Part shown: positions 37,852-49,501 of the stretch, piece after piece
Numbering within the stretch: the first letter of the stretch is position 1
How the letters are laid out: the number at the start of each line of letters is the position of its first letter
Made by a program: the position numbers and the translations under genes
Notes under the pieces: model-generated
What the model was told of the DNA's origin: nothing
Seen by the model: only the letters and a program-made list of their open reading frames with translations
Databases searched by the model: none
Assembly: GCA_037447605.1 (NCBI GenBank)
Contig: CM074821.1
Coordinates: forward strand, 682,001 to 746,000
Direction: 5' to 3'
Source: Zygnema circumcarinatum SAG 698-1b
Taxonomy: Eukaryota; Plantae; Zygnematophyceae
Length of the DNA: 64,000 bases

Positions 37852-40565
37852 TCAAGACAACATGAAGTTTGCCTCCAGCTCAGCGGCCAGCTCCAATTCC
37901 CGCCCTACAATTACATTCACGTGGTCTCCCCCCTGCACACATTTCAGCGCCACATTGGAGTGCAGCTGCGAGAGCGCCAAACTGCCTGAAAATTGGCAGA
38001 CGGGGTCGTCCGAGCCGTGAATTATGGATACGTGGCGCCCTTGCGACCGCAGGATCTCAAGATTAGGGTTCACAAGACGAGCCCCTCCACAGACAGTGTT
38101 GTGAAATGTATGCCACGCAGAGTAGTGCGTGTGTCGCATGGTGTCCCGAACAAAGGAAAGTGGCGCTCTGTGAGGGGGCAGGGGGCAGCAACGCATAGAA
38201 TTCTTATGAGCACGGAAAGGCTAAAGAAACTGCTCCAAAATCCAAATGCCCAAAATTTGAAAAGCCCCAAAAGCTCAGAGAGAGTTTAGAGAAGGCCTAC
38301 CTTCGTCCTCCGAGTAGGGGGAGGACTCGAGCAAGGAGCGGCTCCCACATGCGGTGCCCATGGCAGAGGATGCAGCAGAGGAGGCGGCCGACATGCTCGT
38401 ACCATGACATGATGCTGATGCCCAATGTGCCCAGCGGCCATGCATGGCGAGGGGCAGCGCTGCGGAAGAAAGCGAGGGAAGGGTCTGTTCCAGGCACTGC
38501 TTGGATGGATGGCTGCAAAACAAGGGGTGGAAGCATGAGAGGAAGGGATGGAGGAGATGCAACTACCTGGCTGGGCATGCGAGACTGGTTAGTGAGGTAA
38601 TAAAATCCATTTAATTATGATTTGAACACGAGGAGGTCACTTGGGCCCGCAGCGAAACCATACCAAAGTTCCTATTGGCAGGAAGTCTGTGGAACGGATG
38701 GCAAGAAAAATCTGGGAGGGAGGGGGAGAGGGAGGAAACGGGGAGGGAGGAAGAAAATACTATAGCGCGTGAGATAGAGAAGCGAAGACATAGACAAGGA
38801 GAACGAGGGATGACACATACATCGATAGAGAGAGACGAGAAAGAGGTGGAGAGGGAGGGAGGGAAGGGAGGGGGAGGAGGGGGCGAGGGAGGGAGGGAGG
38901 GGAGGGACGGAGGAGGGACTTGTACACATGTGACGGCATGGAGGAGGAACACACCGGAGAGATGAGTGTGATGCTGCGGACGAGGTTGGCATTGCGAGCA
39001 GCCAAACCGAGGGCCACAACACATCCCATGGAATGCGCAACAATGTGAAACCGCTGAACATGGAAGCGCTTCAAAACCGAATGTTCTATGCGGCTGCATA
39101 TCCAGTGTTGAAAGTCAATGGAATAAACGAGTTACATGCCAGGAAATCACCACACTGAAAATTGCTTTAGTAGAACACTGCAATGCACCATTCAATTGGG
39201 ACAACTGTCACCATTCGTTTTCGCTCCCTCAGTCTATCTGACTGCATTTCACACGACCTTATTTTCTTGCTATTTGAAGAGGCAAAGTAAAACAACAATT
39301 AGAAATGAAAAATCTTGAAATTAAGCCCAATTTATTTGTAAGCAAAAAAAAAAAAAAAAAAATGACTGAAGATGCTCTCACCTGACATGATCCTTCACCG
39401 TGTACCCACAATCACGGGGCTTCGGGCTTTCTCCGAAACCTACAAGGTCGACAGCAAAGAGCCGATAGCTACGTCTACATTTTGGAGAGAGATGGGGGAT
39501 CACAGTATCGGTCCAAAAGGAGGAGGATGAGAGGAAGCCATGGATGAATATGACGCTGCAGTCTGAGTCGCTGTCAAAGGAGAGAGAAGAATCCATTAAT
39601 GGAGAGGGAGAGAAGCTTTCAGAAGGAAAGCTCATCGAGCGGTGCTTTAAAGGGGAATTTTCACAAAAAAGGGAGGTAAACCTTTTGGGTAATCTAGCCC
39701 TCTCCATTTGCCGTCCTATATCACTGTTTATAGCGATCTCAAGATTGTCAAACTCTTCATTTAAGCTGCTCCTTACCACTCCATCATCTCGTGCAAGTAC
39801 TAAATCCTCCTTACCCGTGGTTTCATTCTCCAGCCACGAAAGATTTGAATTTTTCGTCTTCGACGATAGACCTTCCACCTCTCCCATTTCAACATTTCTC
39901 TCCACTCTCCTCCCAACTGAAGGTATCGTCCCTCCCCCTCCTGTCCCCTTTCCCGCCACTCTCACATACAAGTGCCCGTCACCTCTCTCCCACACTCGAC
40001 ACGTGGCGCACTGACAGTCCGTCCACCTCACTGAAGACCTCAACAGACCAACATCCCGCCCGCCCTCTTTCCTTCTAACAGAAAGCTTCGTGGGTCCTTC
40101 AGAAAATGCAAAATCTCTCTCCTTAGCCGCCATAGCCGAAGCTGTGCAGTCACATTCTTCGATAGCTCGAGAGGGAGAACTCGAAGAGCTCCCCAGCAGC
40201 CATGGCCCCAGTCTCCCCTGCGTCCACGTGGCAGCGCTTCGGATCCAAAACCGGAGGCCTCCCATAAGCTCTCTCCCTCTCAAAGTCGCTGAGGGAGAGC
40301 TCCACGAGGTGGGGATGGAGGTGCATCCGCCATGGCTATGGCTGCCTTGAAGGGAGGGGCAGCACAGTGGGGGGTTACTGCGAGATGCCCAAAAGGGGAG
40401 TATAGGGGAGCAGTGGCATCCTTCCCAGCGTTGGTCGAGGAGGGAGTCGAGGAGGGAGAAGAGGGGGCAGAGGAGGAGGTCGAGCACGTCGAGGAAGAGA
40501 AAGAGCAGCGCACTGAGGGAGAGGAATGCGGCGGTCTGGAGAGATCTGACGATGCGACTGTGCAT
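37852..40565 (-). CDS. BDG: BODYGUARD-like alpha/beta hydrolase; exons 40565-39382, 39093-38955, 38512-38301, 38167-37852
   Basis: Hydrophobic N-terminus; WTDCQCATC; FIHGFLSSSSFWT; LFAVDLVGFGESPKP; AHSMG nucleophile elbow; WYEHVGR; HTHYSAWHTFHNTVCG; HGSDD; GDHVNVIVGR. Intron phases 2/0/2 are consistent. Confidence 0.88.
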
Positions 40566-40998
40566 GGCTGTCGGGAGGAGGGAGAGAGAGGGAGAGAGAG
40601 AGAGAGAGAGAGAGGGAGAGAATGTGAGAGTGCGACTGGAGGGAGGGTGTGGGAGGGAGAAGCGGGAGTGGGAGAGAGAGGGCGAGAAGGAGGAGAGAGG
40701 AAGGGAGAGGGAGAGAGAGGGAGAGGGGGAGGGAGAGGGAGGGAGGGCGAGAGAGAGTACAGAGGGATGGGAGTGGGAGAGAGGGAGGGAGAGAGCAGTA
40801 GAGGGGGAGGGAGTTAGGGAGGGAGAGTCACCGTCGGGCCCCGGACTCCGCTCCGCCGACACGCGCTGACGGCCAGTTTTGTCGGCTACTGCAGTACCGG
40901 TCCCGCCCGAGATCTGCGGCAAAAGTAGCGGGCGTAGATCGAGCCACGTGGCGTGAAAGCGGACTGTACGGTAATTGATCGTACGAACGTCTGTTACA

Positions 40999-41042
40999 GT
41001 ACAGTACAGTACAGTACAGAACTGTACTGTACTGTACTGTAC
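40999..41042. repeat. Perfect 21-bp inverted repeat of (ACAGT)n with a 2-nt loop
   Basis: GTACAGTACAGTACAGTACAG-AA-CTGTACTGTACTGTACTGTAC. Confidence 0.85.
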
Positions 41043-42629
41043 AGTCAGCAGTCCTCATATTTTCCACCCTGTACAGTGCGTCCCCATGTAGCACAAGATA
41101 AGTGGGGTTAAACAAGGACTGCTGAGCTAGCTGCAGGTGCTGTACGGCCACTCGCGTGTCCGTGCTGAAACTGACGTAGGGTTGGGGTGGTGCTGTGGGT
41201 CTGCCTGCAGCATAGAGCCAGGATCCGGGGGATTCAGAGGTACGCGCAGCGGAAGACGTAGGGATTCTGAAGACGTTCCCACCGGCGGCTGGACTTGATG
41301 CGCAAAGAGCCCTTCCTTGGGGACTCTCTTCCCCTGTCCTCTCCTCGGCTAGTCTCTTAGCTAGGCTTCTAGTTATCATCGGTCATTGGGAAGAGGGTAA
41401 GGCAGGATAGAATAGGATAGTGGCTTGGCATAGTGACAGCAAAGGGAAAACAGGTCACAACTTAGATAAAGGTGGCATTTTGGAAACTCACCCCAGCCAG
41501 CGGTTGGCTGGGGAATGTCATTACAATGAAATTGTCTTCTCNNNNNNNNNNCTCTCTCTCTCTCTCTCTCTCTTACTTAGCATCTGTTGCTGTAACTGAA
41601 GAGGAAGGAAAAGAAGAAAGAAGAACAAGACAACAAACCACACAGCAAATACAAATACTAAGCCCAGCACTAAAAGACAAAGAAGCATCACTGACATCCC
41701 ATCTACTCAACACTGACAATAGATCTTGAGTCTTAGCAGTGACAGTCTCTGATTGGCCAACTGCCCACTGAGAGGCCTGACTGACTACGTGGAGCCTTCG
41801 GATAGGTCAACTGATGATAATCGGCGGCATCTTGCGGCGCTTCCGAGTGCGCCTTGCTGGATGGTGTGCCGTTCCGTGGGCCGCCAACGCATGGCGCCGC
41901 CGTCTCTCAATCTCCGTTGGCAGCTCCTGAATTCCGTTGATCCGTGACACGGAAGATGCATACGTCAAGTACAATCGAACGGACGTGGATCCGTCGAACG
42001 CAGCTCCGTTACGCTACACCCAAGAAATTCGCCCCGATTTTGCCGAAACCACCTTTTTGTACGGTAACTCTGTGTTAGCCGTACTATCCGTACTATCCGT
42101 ACTATTCGTACCGCTAAAACCCTAAAATCCTAGAAACCATGAAACCGTACTATTCGTACTATCCGTACTTGCTGTACTAGCCGTTACGGGCTTCAGCAAA
42201 ACTCACCGAATCTTCCCGCACTTGCCGCCGTAAGAGGCGCTCGCTCGTCTTTCCTCCTTCTAGGCTCCGATACGACACGATACGATACGATACTGAATAC
42301 GGTACGATACGGTACGATATGGTACGGCCCGATACGCACGGACAAACATGAACTCTAGCATGAACTTAACAAGACCGACCGTCTATTGGTAACACGAACC
42401 TTCTATTTGCAAAAATCAATATTTTCGCAACATATTTGCCAAAACCATGGCGAAAATATGAGGACTGTTGACTGTACTTGAAGGTGTTGTACTATTGTAC
42501 GAAAACAAGAGCGCATCCGACGGATGTTGTACGAAACGGTCGGACCGTACGACCACGGTGCGCGATGTGGTACGATCGGTTGGGTTCTTGTTGTTTTTTG
42601 GCTTTTGTTGTTCAAGGGGTTCAGGGGGA

Positions 42630-43030
42630 CCTTTAGGGTTTTAGAGTTTGACAGGATTTTAAGGGTTTTAGGTCTGCAAAGGATTTACGGTTTTGAAGAT
42701 TTTAGAATTTTTAGGTTTTAGGGTTTGTAGGGTTTTCGGGTTTGTAGGGGACTTAGGGTTTTTAGGATTTCAGGGTTTGTAGGGTTTTAGGGGATTTAGG
42801 GTTTGGGGTTTCAGGGATTGTAGGGTTTTAGGGTTCGTAGGGGATCTAGGGTTTAGGGTTTCAGGGTTTGTAGGGTTATAGGGTTTGTAGGGACTTTAGG
42901 GTTGAAGGTTCAGAGTTTGTAGGGTTTTCGGGTTTGTAGGAAATTTAGGGTTTTTAGGGTTTTAGGGTTTGTAGTTTTAGGGTTTGTAGTTTTAGGGTTT
43001 GTAGGGATTTTAGGGTTCTTAGGGTTTCAG
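42630..43030 (+). repeat. Degenerate interstitial telomere-like array (TTTAGGG, TTTTAGGG, TTTGTAGGG, TTTCAGGG)
   Basis: Dozens of TnAGGG variants over ~400 bp. Confidence 0.85.
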
Positions 43031-43319
43031 CGTTTGTGGTAGAACATTTTAAAGAAAAACAAAAGCGATATGAGACGAAGAATCGAAGCAACAAATAATA
43101 TCGTTGCTGGCACAATATCGCGATAATATCGGCGTCAAAACTGTATCGGTACTAACTACCAAAGAATGCAGAATATGATATCGGAGTATCGAAATATCAG
43201 GAATTAACTGTATCGTTAACCTATTTTCTTTTTTTTCCTTGCCTGCTGCTCTGCCCTGCCCTGCCACGTGGCGCCCTAAGCCTACTCGTGCCCTACGGCC
43301 CTAGCTACCCCTAGCTCCC

Positions 43320-46300
43320 CTACTGCACCACCCTCACCCCAACTCCAAAGTCGGAGTAAGCAGACGCATTCGCCCCCTTGTCTCGTGAAGAAGAGCTGCG
43401 GCTGGAAGACTTGTACAGCTGCAATGACTGCTCCGGAATGAACAGCATGTCTGCAAAAAAACCCAACTTCAAAAACGCATCAAATGCGAACATTTGCTAT
43501 TCAGAAAGGGGAATTACTTGCAGGTTTCGCACAGATGATGCGAAATTTCACTTTTGCCCCTTCCTTCCTTCCTTCATGCATTCCTTCATTCCAGCGACCC
43601 TCACCGCGTTGCCTTGTTGCAATGTGAAGCGTGTCCAATGTGATGATGCCATCTGTCAATGCGAGAAGCTCACACTGCACCTCCGCTGTCCCATTGGGGG
43701 GGACGCGCCTGCACCCTCAAAGAAAGAAAGAAAGAAAGGAAGAAAGAAAGAAACAAAGAAACAAAGAAAAAAAGAAAGAAACAAAGAAACAAAGAAAGTA
43801 AGGCGAAGTTGTGGACCGATCAATGCATGTTCTATGCTTCCCCCCCATGAACCATTGCCACATTTGCAACATGAACCATTGTCCCCATGATTCCGGGGAC
43901 GAACCCGATGGGCACGACCGACTGCAGCCACAAGTGTGAACGCTCCGGAAGCTGGTCTGCAAGCAGCTCTGCTGCTGACGTGGCCCTCTCCATGACTCCA
44001 CTTGTCTGCAGCCGCAGACTCTCAAATGCGGCACTCGGAATTCCCAACAGACTTTCCATGCGATGTACGGGCGGGAGGGATACGATCCGTGACAGGAAGG
44101 ACGATGGCTGCATCCACAATGCAACTCTGACTAAGAGCACAGCAAAACCCATTCGAGTTTTCAGACTCAAATCTCGCCTTCTAAGGGCAAATGCCCTTAG
44201 TCTAAATGCAAAAAGCATCAGTAAACAGTTTGTTTGTTTGTTGGTTATTTCCGACTCACCGGGCGACCCTGACTTGTAGTCGACCGAGCCATCCTTTTGC
44301 TTGCTCCACTTCCTTCCCAAACACCTCCCACTTGCTTTCTCTCCCCATCTCCCTCCTTCCCTATCCTGCTTTTTCCTCCTCCAAATTCCTCTCTCGTCGT
44401 TGAAATCTCTACCCTTGTCGCACCTTCTCCCTTTGAGTGATCCATTCCCCCAACATCGTTCTCAGCACTGAATTCAATAGTCTCCCCCTGCCGCTGCGAG
44501 CCCCTTGGACTGGTGGGGAAGGAGAGACGGGAGAGAGCAGTAGAAGCAAGTGAACTAGGGGCTAACAGAGTGAGGTTAAGTTCAGCAGATGTTAAGTTTG
44601 TGGCCCGGATTGTAACCATCTGCAGCAGAAGCGATAACATAAGGAGGAGGTGAGAATGGACAAATGATTGGAGAGAAGAACAAAGGAAATGTGAGCCTCC
44701 GAACATGCTGCTAAGAAGAAGAAGCTATAGTAAGCCGAACTGGAGAAGGTTTACCTGAGGGGCAAAGTTTGATGAATCAGAAATGGAGGGGTTTGAATCA
44801 TCCAAAGTGACTGAGAGAAGGAGGTCTCGGGGAGACCGAGGTTGCCACGTCAGCGCATGGCGGTAGTACAATCTCGACTCTGCCATGCTCCGCATAGCCA
44901 CCCACATTCGAGTTTTGGAATTTTGGGTTCCTTTTTAAAAGATTTTGAAGGGATAATTAGACCCAACTTTGAGAGGTAGAATGACTCTATTTACCTGAAT
45001 GCGAACACCTGCATGCGATTACCACTGAATACTCCCACTCCACCGTCTCCTCCACTCCTCCCCCCGAGTCTGAACCCCGTCTTCCTGCTGCTTCTCCCAT
45101 AGATTCTAACCGGTGAGATGGACCCCCTTTCGCTTGTTTCGGAGCCGTGATATTTAGAGATACGTTACTGGAAATTCCGGGAATGGCAGATGTGGCGGGA
45201 CGGAGAACAAAGGAATGCTGCTCACCGGGCCTGTCAGCATATAGGGAAAGTCTGTCAAGTCTACCATCTGAAGCAAATTGCTAGTCTATAACTTCCCCTG
45301 AATCCGAGAGTTTTTGTATAACAATAGAAGAAATTATATTCTATAACAGAAGAGACGGTGATGAATTGCCACGGAGGCAAATGGCAAACTAGACTATGTG
45401 CTACATCAGAAACCTCCATAATCCTAACCCCCCAACGGTCGCCCTGAACCCAGAATGAACCGGCTTAATCTCGAGTTTTAAGACTCGTATCTTAACCAGA
45501 ATCTGAAAGGCAAGTGGGGAAACAAGCCCATCACCTGAGAGGCAGACCTGGAAGCTCCTCTCCTTCTCCTGCCTCTACTGATGCGACCTGCACAGGGAGA
45601 GGGCCTCCCCCTAAAGCATGTGGGTGGCATTCCATGTTAATGCTGTCAATGTATAGCACCAAATCTGAAGTCTCCTTCTCCTCCGGTAGTATGTTCTGCA
45701 GCACAGACCCAAAGAAACGCAGCCACCAAATGGGCCCTTAAAACTCAACTCGTAGTTAAACATCTTTTCATTCATTTTTGTCATGATGATGTGCTTGTCA
45801 GAAGCATTCTTGCAGGAAAGCTCACCTCTACAAGGATGCAGACGAGATCTTGCATGTTACATGCTGCAGTATAACTCTCGATGAACAGCGGCTGAAGAAC
45901 GGAAAGGGGGCGCATCCATCGCCTTCCGGGCACATAGCAACCCTCCAATCCGCACTGGCCAGAAAACCGTTGTGGCTCTAAATTCGCAGCACGGAAAGAT
46001 AGGAGCCCCTCGGCCCCAACTGCCCCAACATCTCTCTGTGCACCGACCAAGTCGAGTTCGGTGAGGGAGTGAGGGTGGGAGAGGAGAGGAGGGAGAGGGG
46101 AAACGGGAGGGGAGAGGGAGAAAGATGAGCTTGGCAATCTCGAAATGGAGAAGCCGAAGGAGGAGGAGGAGGAGGAGACTGAGAGGAAGGAAGCGGGAGA
46201 GGACCAAGAGTTGCTAAAGGAAGCATTAAGTGCGTTTGCAGAAGGAGGGTTTGAAGTTCTTTCTATGGGGAGTAGCCATTGCTGCAATTGGTTGATTGGT

Positions 46301-47533
46301 TCTCGGACAACTCGGTGGGAGTGATTGGGAGCAGATGGTTTGGGAGAGGGAAGGGGGGAAGTAGAAGGAGTTGTGAGGATATCATCGCTATCTTGGGAGA
46401 TAGTCTCCACTTGCTCATATTGCAGCACTTCGAGTACTGCATCGGGAGTGAGCACGTTGGTGTCTACACACACCTCCAAAAGCACCTGCCATAACCAGCA
46501 CTACACATAAATGCCTGAAAATAAACAAAGAAGCAAATAAACAGATAAAGGAACATTGCTAAGAATGAAAGTATTCACTCACTGCAACATCGCCGCTTGG
46601 TAGAGCACATGTTGCAACAACTCTTCGTGCTAAACCTCCGCCACTCCGAGGATCGAACTGGGGTTCTTCTATGGTCAATGGAGTGCATCCATAGTTCCCT
46701 AATCTTGTGGAAGATTCCCTCCCATGCCCATCTGCATCTGCTTCATCCGCCGCATCTCCCTTCCCCACAGAGATGGTGGGAGGGTTAAACCTGCTCCCTC
46801 CCTGTCGCCTAAACCCCATCCCCAGCAAGCCATGTAGCCGCTACATGTCAGTGTTCTACTGCATGCAAACATACATTACATACGTTACATTATTTACATC
46901 TCAGCATGCTCAGATTTCTTTAGAGCTTTTTAAATAAAAATAAATATAAGATAGAGATAGAAATAGATAGATAGAGATGATAGATATAGATAAAGATAGT
47001 GATGAATATGAATAGAGATAGAGATGATAGAGATAAATAGATAGATATAGATAGATAGATGGATAGAGATGTGTAATTCAGCTTACCCCCGTTGGGCAGT
47101 CGGATCTGTTATTCGCACATAGTAATGCGAGCGTTCCGCGGCTTCATAGAGGAGTCTACTCCTCCTTTCATGGCCCTCTTTCTTCACAGAGCTCATCCTC
47201 TTGTAGTATCCGGGGTCAAGGACAGATCTCCTCTTTATTGAATTTGACTTTCCAAGAGTTGGAGAAGACAACCCCCCCCCTCCTTCCTCTCCTCCAGACC
47301 CAACTCTTCGGAAATTGAGAGACCCATCTGCAGATATCGACTGAGACCGACGATGCTCTCCAGCAGTGAGAATAAGAGGAGTTTCGTCAGGTTTATCGAA
47401 CTCAAGAGCTGCTTCAGGGGCGACCAATTCCGATATGGAGGGATCAAGAGGGGTGATGTGCACAAGAATGTGCAGCAGTTCACCTGGAATTTCACAGCGG
47501 AACTAAGTACATGAGGATGGAGTTGATGGCACG

Positions 47534-47566
<33 letters not shown>

Positions 47567-49501
47567 GGGGGAGAGAGGGGAGGGGAGGAGGGAGAAAGTG
47601 GAGTTGGAGAGAGAGAAAGAGAGAGAGAGGGGGAGAGAGAGTGGGGGAAGAGAGTGGAGGGGAGGAGGGAGAAAGTGGAGTTGGAGAGAGAGAAAGAGAG
47701 AGAGAGGGGGAAGAGAGGGGAGGGGAGGAGGGAGAAAGTGGAGTTGGAGAGAGAGAAAGAGAGAGAGAGGGGGAAGAGAGGGGAGGGGAGGAGGGAGAAA
47801 GTGGAGTTGGAGAGAGAGAAAGAGAGAGAGAGGGGGGAGAGAGGGGAGGGGAGGAGGGAGAAAGTGGAGTTGGAGAAAGAGAAAGAGAGAAAGAGGGGGG
47901 AGAGAGGGGAGGGGAGGAGGGAGAAAGTGGAGTTGGAGAGAGAGAAAGAGAGAGAGAGGGGGGAGAGAGGGGAGGGGAGGAGGGAGAAAGTGGAGTTGGA
48001 GAAAGAGAAAGAGAGAAAGAGGGGGGAGAGAGGGGAGGGGAGGAGGGTTTTTGGAGAGTGGAGTTGGAGAGATGATGGACAGAGGGGCTGGTGAGTGGGA
48101 GAAAGAGAATTCGTTGCACCTTGAAAGACAGCATTTCTTCCGAGTTTGGCGAGGGAAGCAGCATCTGGGCTTTCATCCCAGTCGTCCGGCACCGGCCCTG
48201 CGAATTGAAGGCAAAGAGGCAGGAAAATTGAGAAAAAAAATTTAGGGTCAATATGTGCGTTGATAAAGTACAATGTAGAGTGTGTTTGAGAAGATGGTCA
48301 GCAACTAACAAACCAACCAATGTTTCTTGACGCAATTGCCTTCCACAGCTCAATTGGTAGACCTCCAAATTCGGATCGAACTTTGCATAATTCATTATTG
48401 CAGAGTTAACGTTACAAATTGGTTATGATGATCTCAAGGATCAAACTCTACCAACGAGTTGGGCTCATGAAATATTCAAGAGGGAGAACAAGCTCGGGTA
48501 CAAGGAAAGCGCAATCAGTAATACATAGCAGCAGGGCTGGAAATAAACGGAGGAGCCTAAAGGGCCATAAAGGTCGATAGAATTCTAACGTTCACAGTTT
48601 TTCAGCACCGCCTGCCAACATTTGAGCTCCTCACCGAGGATCAAGTTTTTGAAAAAGAGGTGTTCCATCAATGAAGCAAAAACCAAATCGCACGGAACTT
48701 TGACCCATTCTCTCCAGGATTGACCTAAATATTCCTTTGAGGAGACATTCCAATCAAGTCAAGTCAAGTCAAGTCAAGTCTGTCTTGACTTAAAGTCAGA
48801 CACGCTTCTACTAGCACGCCTCTAATCCGTATCGTTGTTCTGAACAGCACATGGATTAGAGGGGACAATGTGGTAATGACGATGCTTAATTACGCAATTA
48901 TTGCTTATTTTCGCTTTATACATTGCAATAACAGCAAATGTACCACGATCGCAACACATTTGCGACCTTTTGCAGTTTTTTTGGCTGCCTTATTGTCAAA
49001 AATCTCATCATTGATCTGACCATTAATAAGTCACAATTTAGCCATGTCGGGCAGCTCACTAAGCCTTCACTTCTACTTAGCAAAGCGTTTCCACACTTAC
49101 TCTATCTCCAACATTAACGGGCAAAAAGGAAAAAAAATTAAAAACCATTACATTCCCTTAGACACATGCACTGCAGACTAAGAAACACAACTTCATCTTG
49201 CCTCTCAAAACACAAACAAAAGCGCTTAATGTGCGCTTTCAAATCCTCTTCAAGCCCGTCCAAAACGCTAGAACCCAGTCCCAGATTTCCCACCTTTGAA
49301 GATAATAACCCCTCCTTCAGAGGGCAGCACGGTGGCGTGGCCCTCCAGCGGCATCATGGAGTGAGCCCGCCGATTCTCCCCAAAGGAGGCCGAACGCCCT
49401 CCTTCTCCCACCTTCGCATCGCCGCTGCTAAGAGGGTAATAGGACGCACTGCTTGGCGGCCCTGCATCCCCTCCCGCAGCGTCCCGCTCGCTGGACGCCA
49501 T
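43320..49501 (-). CDS. TRIPP: TRIPP (TRAPP-interacting plant protein, At3g17900-like); first exon 49501-49294, stop at 43320
   Basis: Collinear motifs EGGVIIFK|GPVPDDW, NAVFQ|GELLHIL, RSHYYVRI, FDPRSGGGLAR..CALPSGDVA, LLSFRAANLEPQRFSGQCGLEG..VPGRRW, ESRLYY..WQPRSPRDL, SHLWLQSVVPIG, LTDGIITLDTL, FIPEQSL. Confidence 0.88.
47570..48070. repeat. ~50-bp purine-rich minisatellite, about 9-10 copies, in TRIPP intron 2
   Basis: The unit GGGGAGGGGAGGAGGGAGAAAGTGGAGTTGGAGAGAGAGAAAGAGAGAGAGA repeats. Confidence 0.9.

Noticed and set aside
37802-38289. Plus-strand ORFs that could be read as extra exons of the At5g11700-like gene
   Set aside because: That gene ends at its family-typical FWAS* (36967); these ORFs are antisense to BDG exon 4.
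48618-48735. Open stretch EYLGQSWREWVKVP... inside TRIPP intron 1
   Set aside because: Exons 1 and 2 already join in frame and match the family motif directly; no homology recognised.
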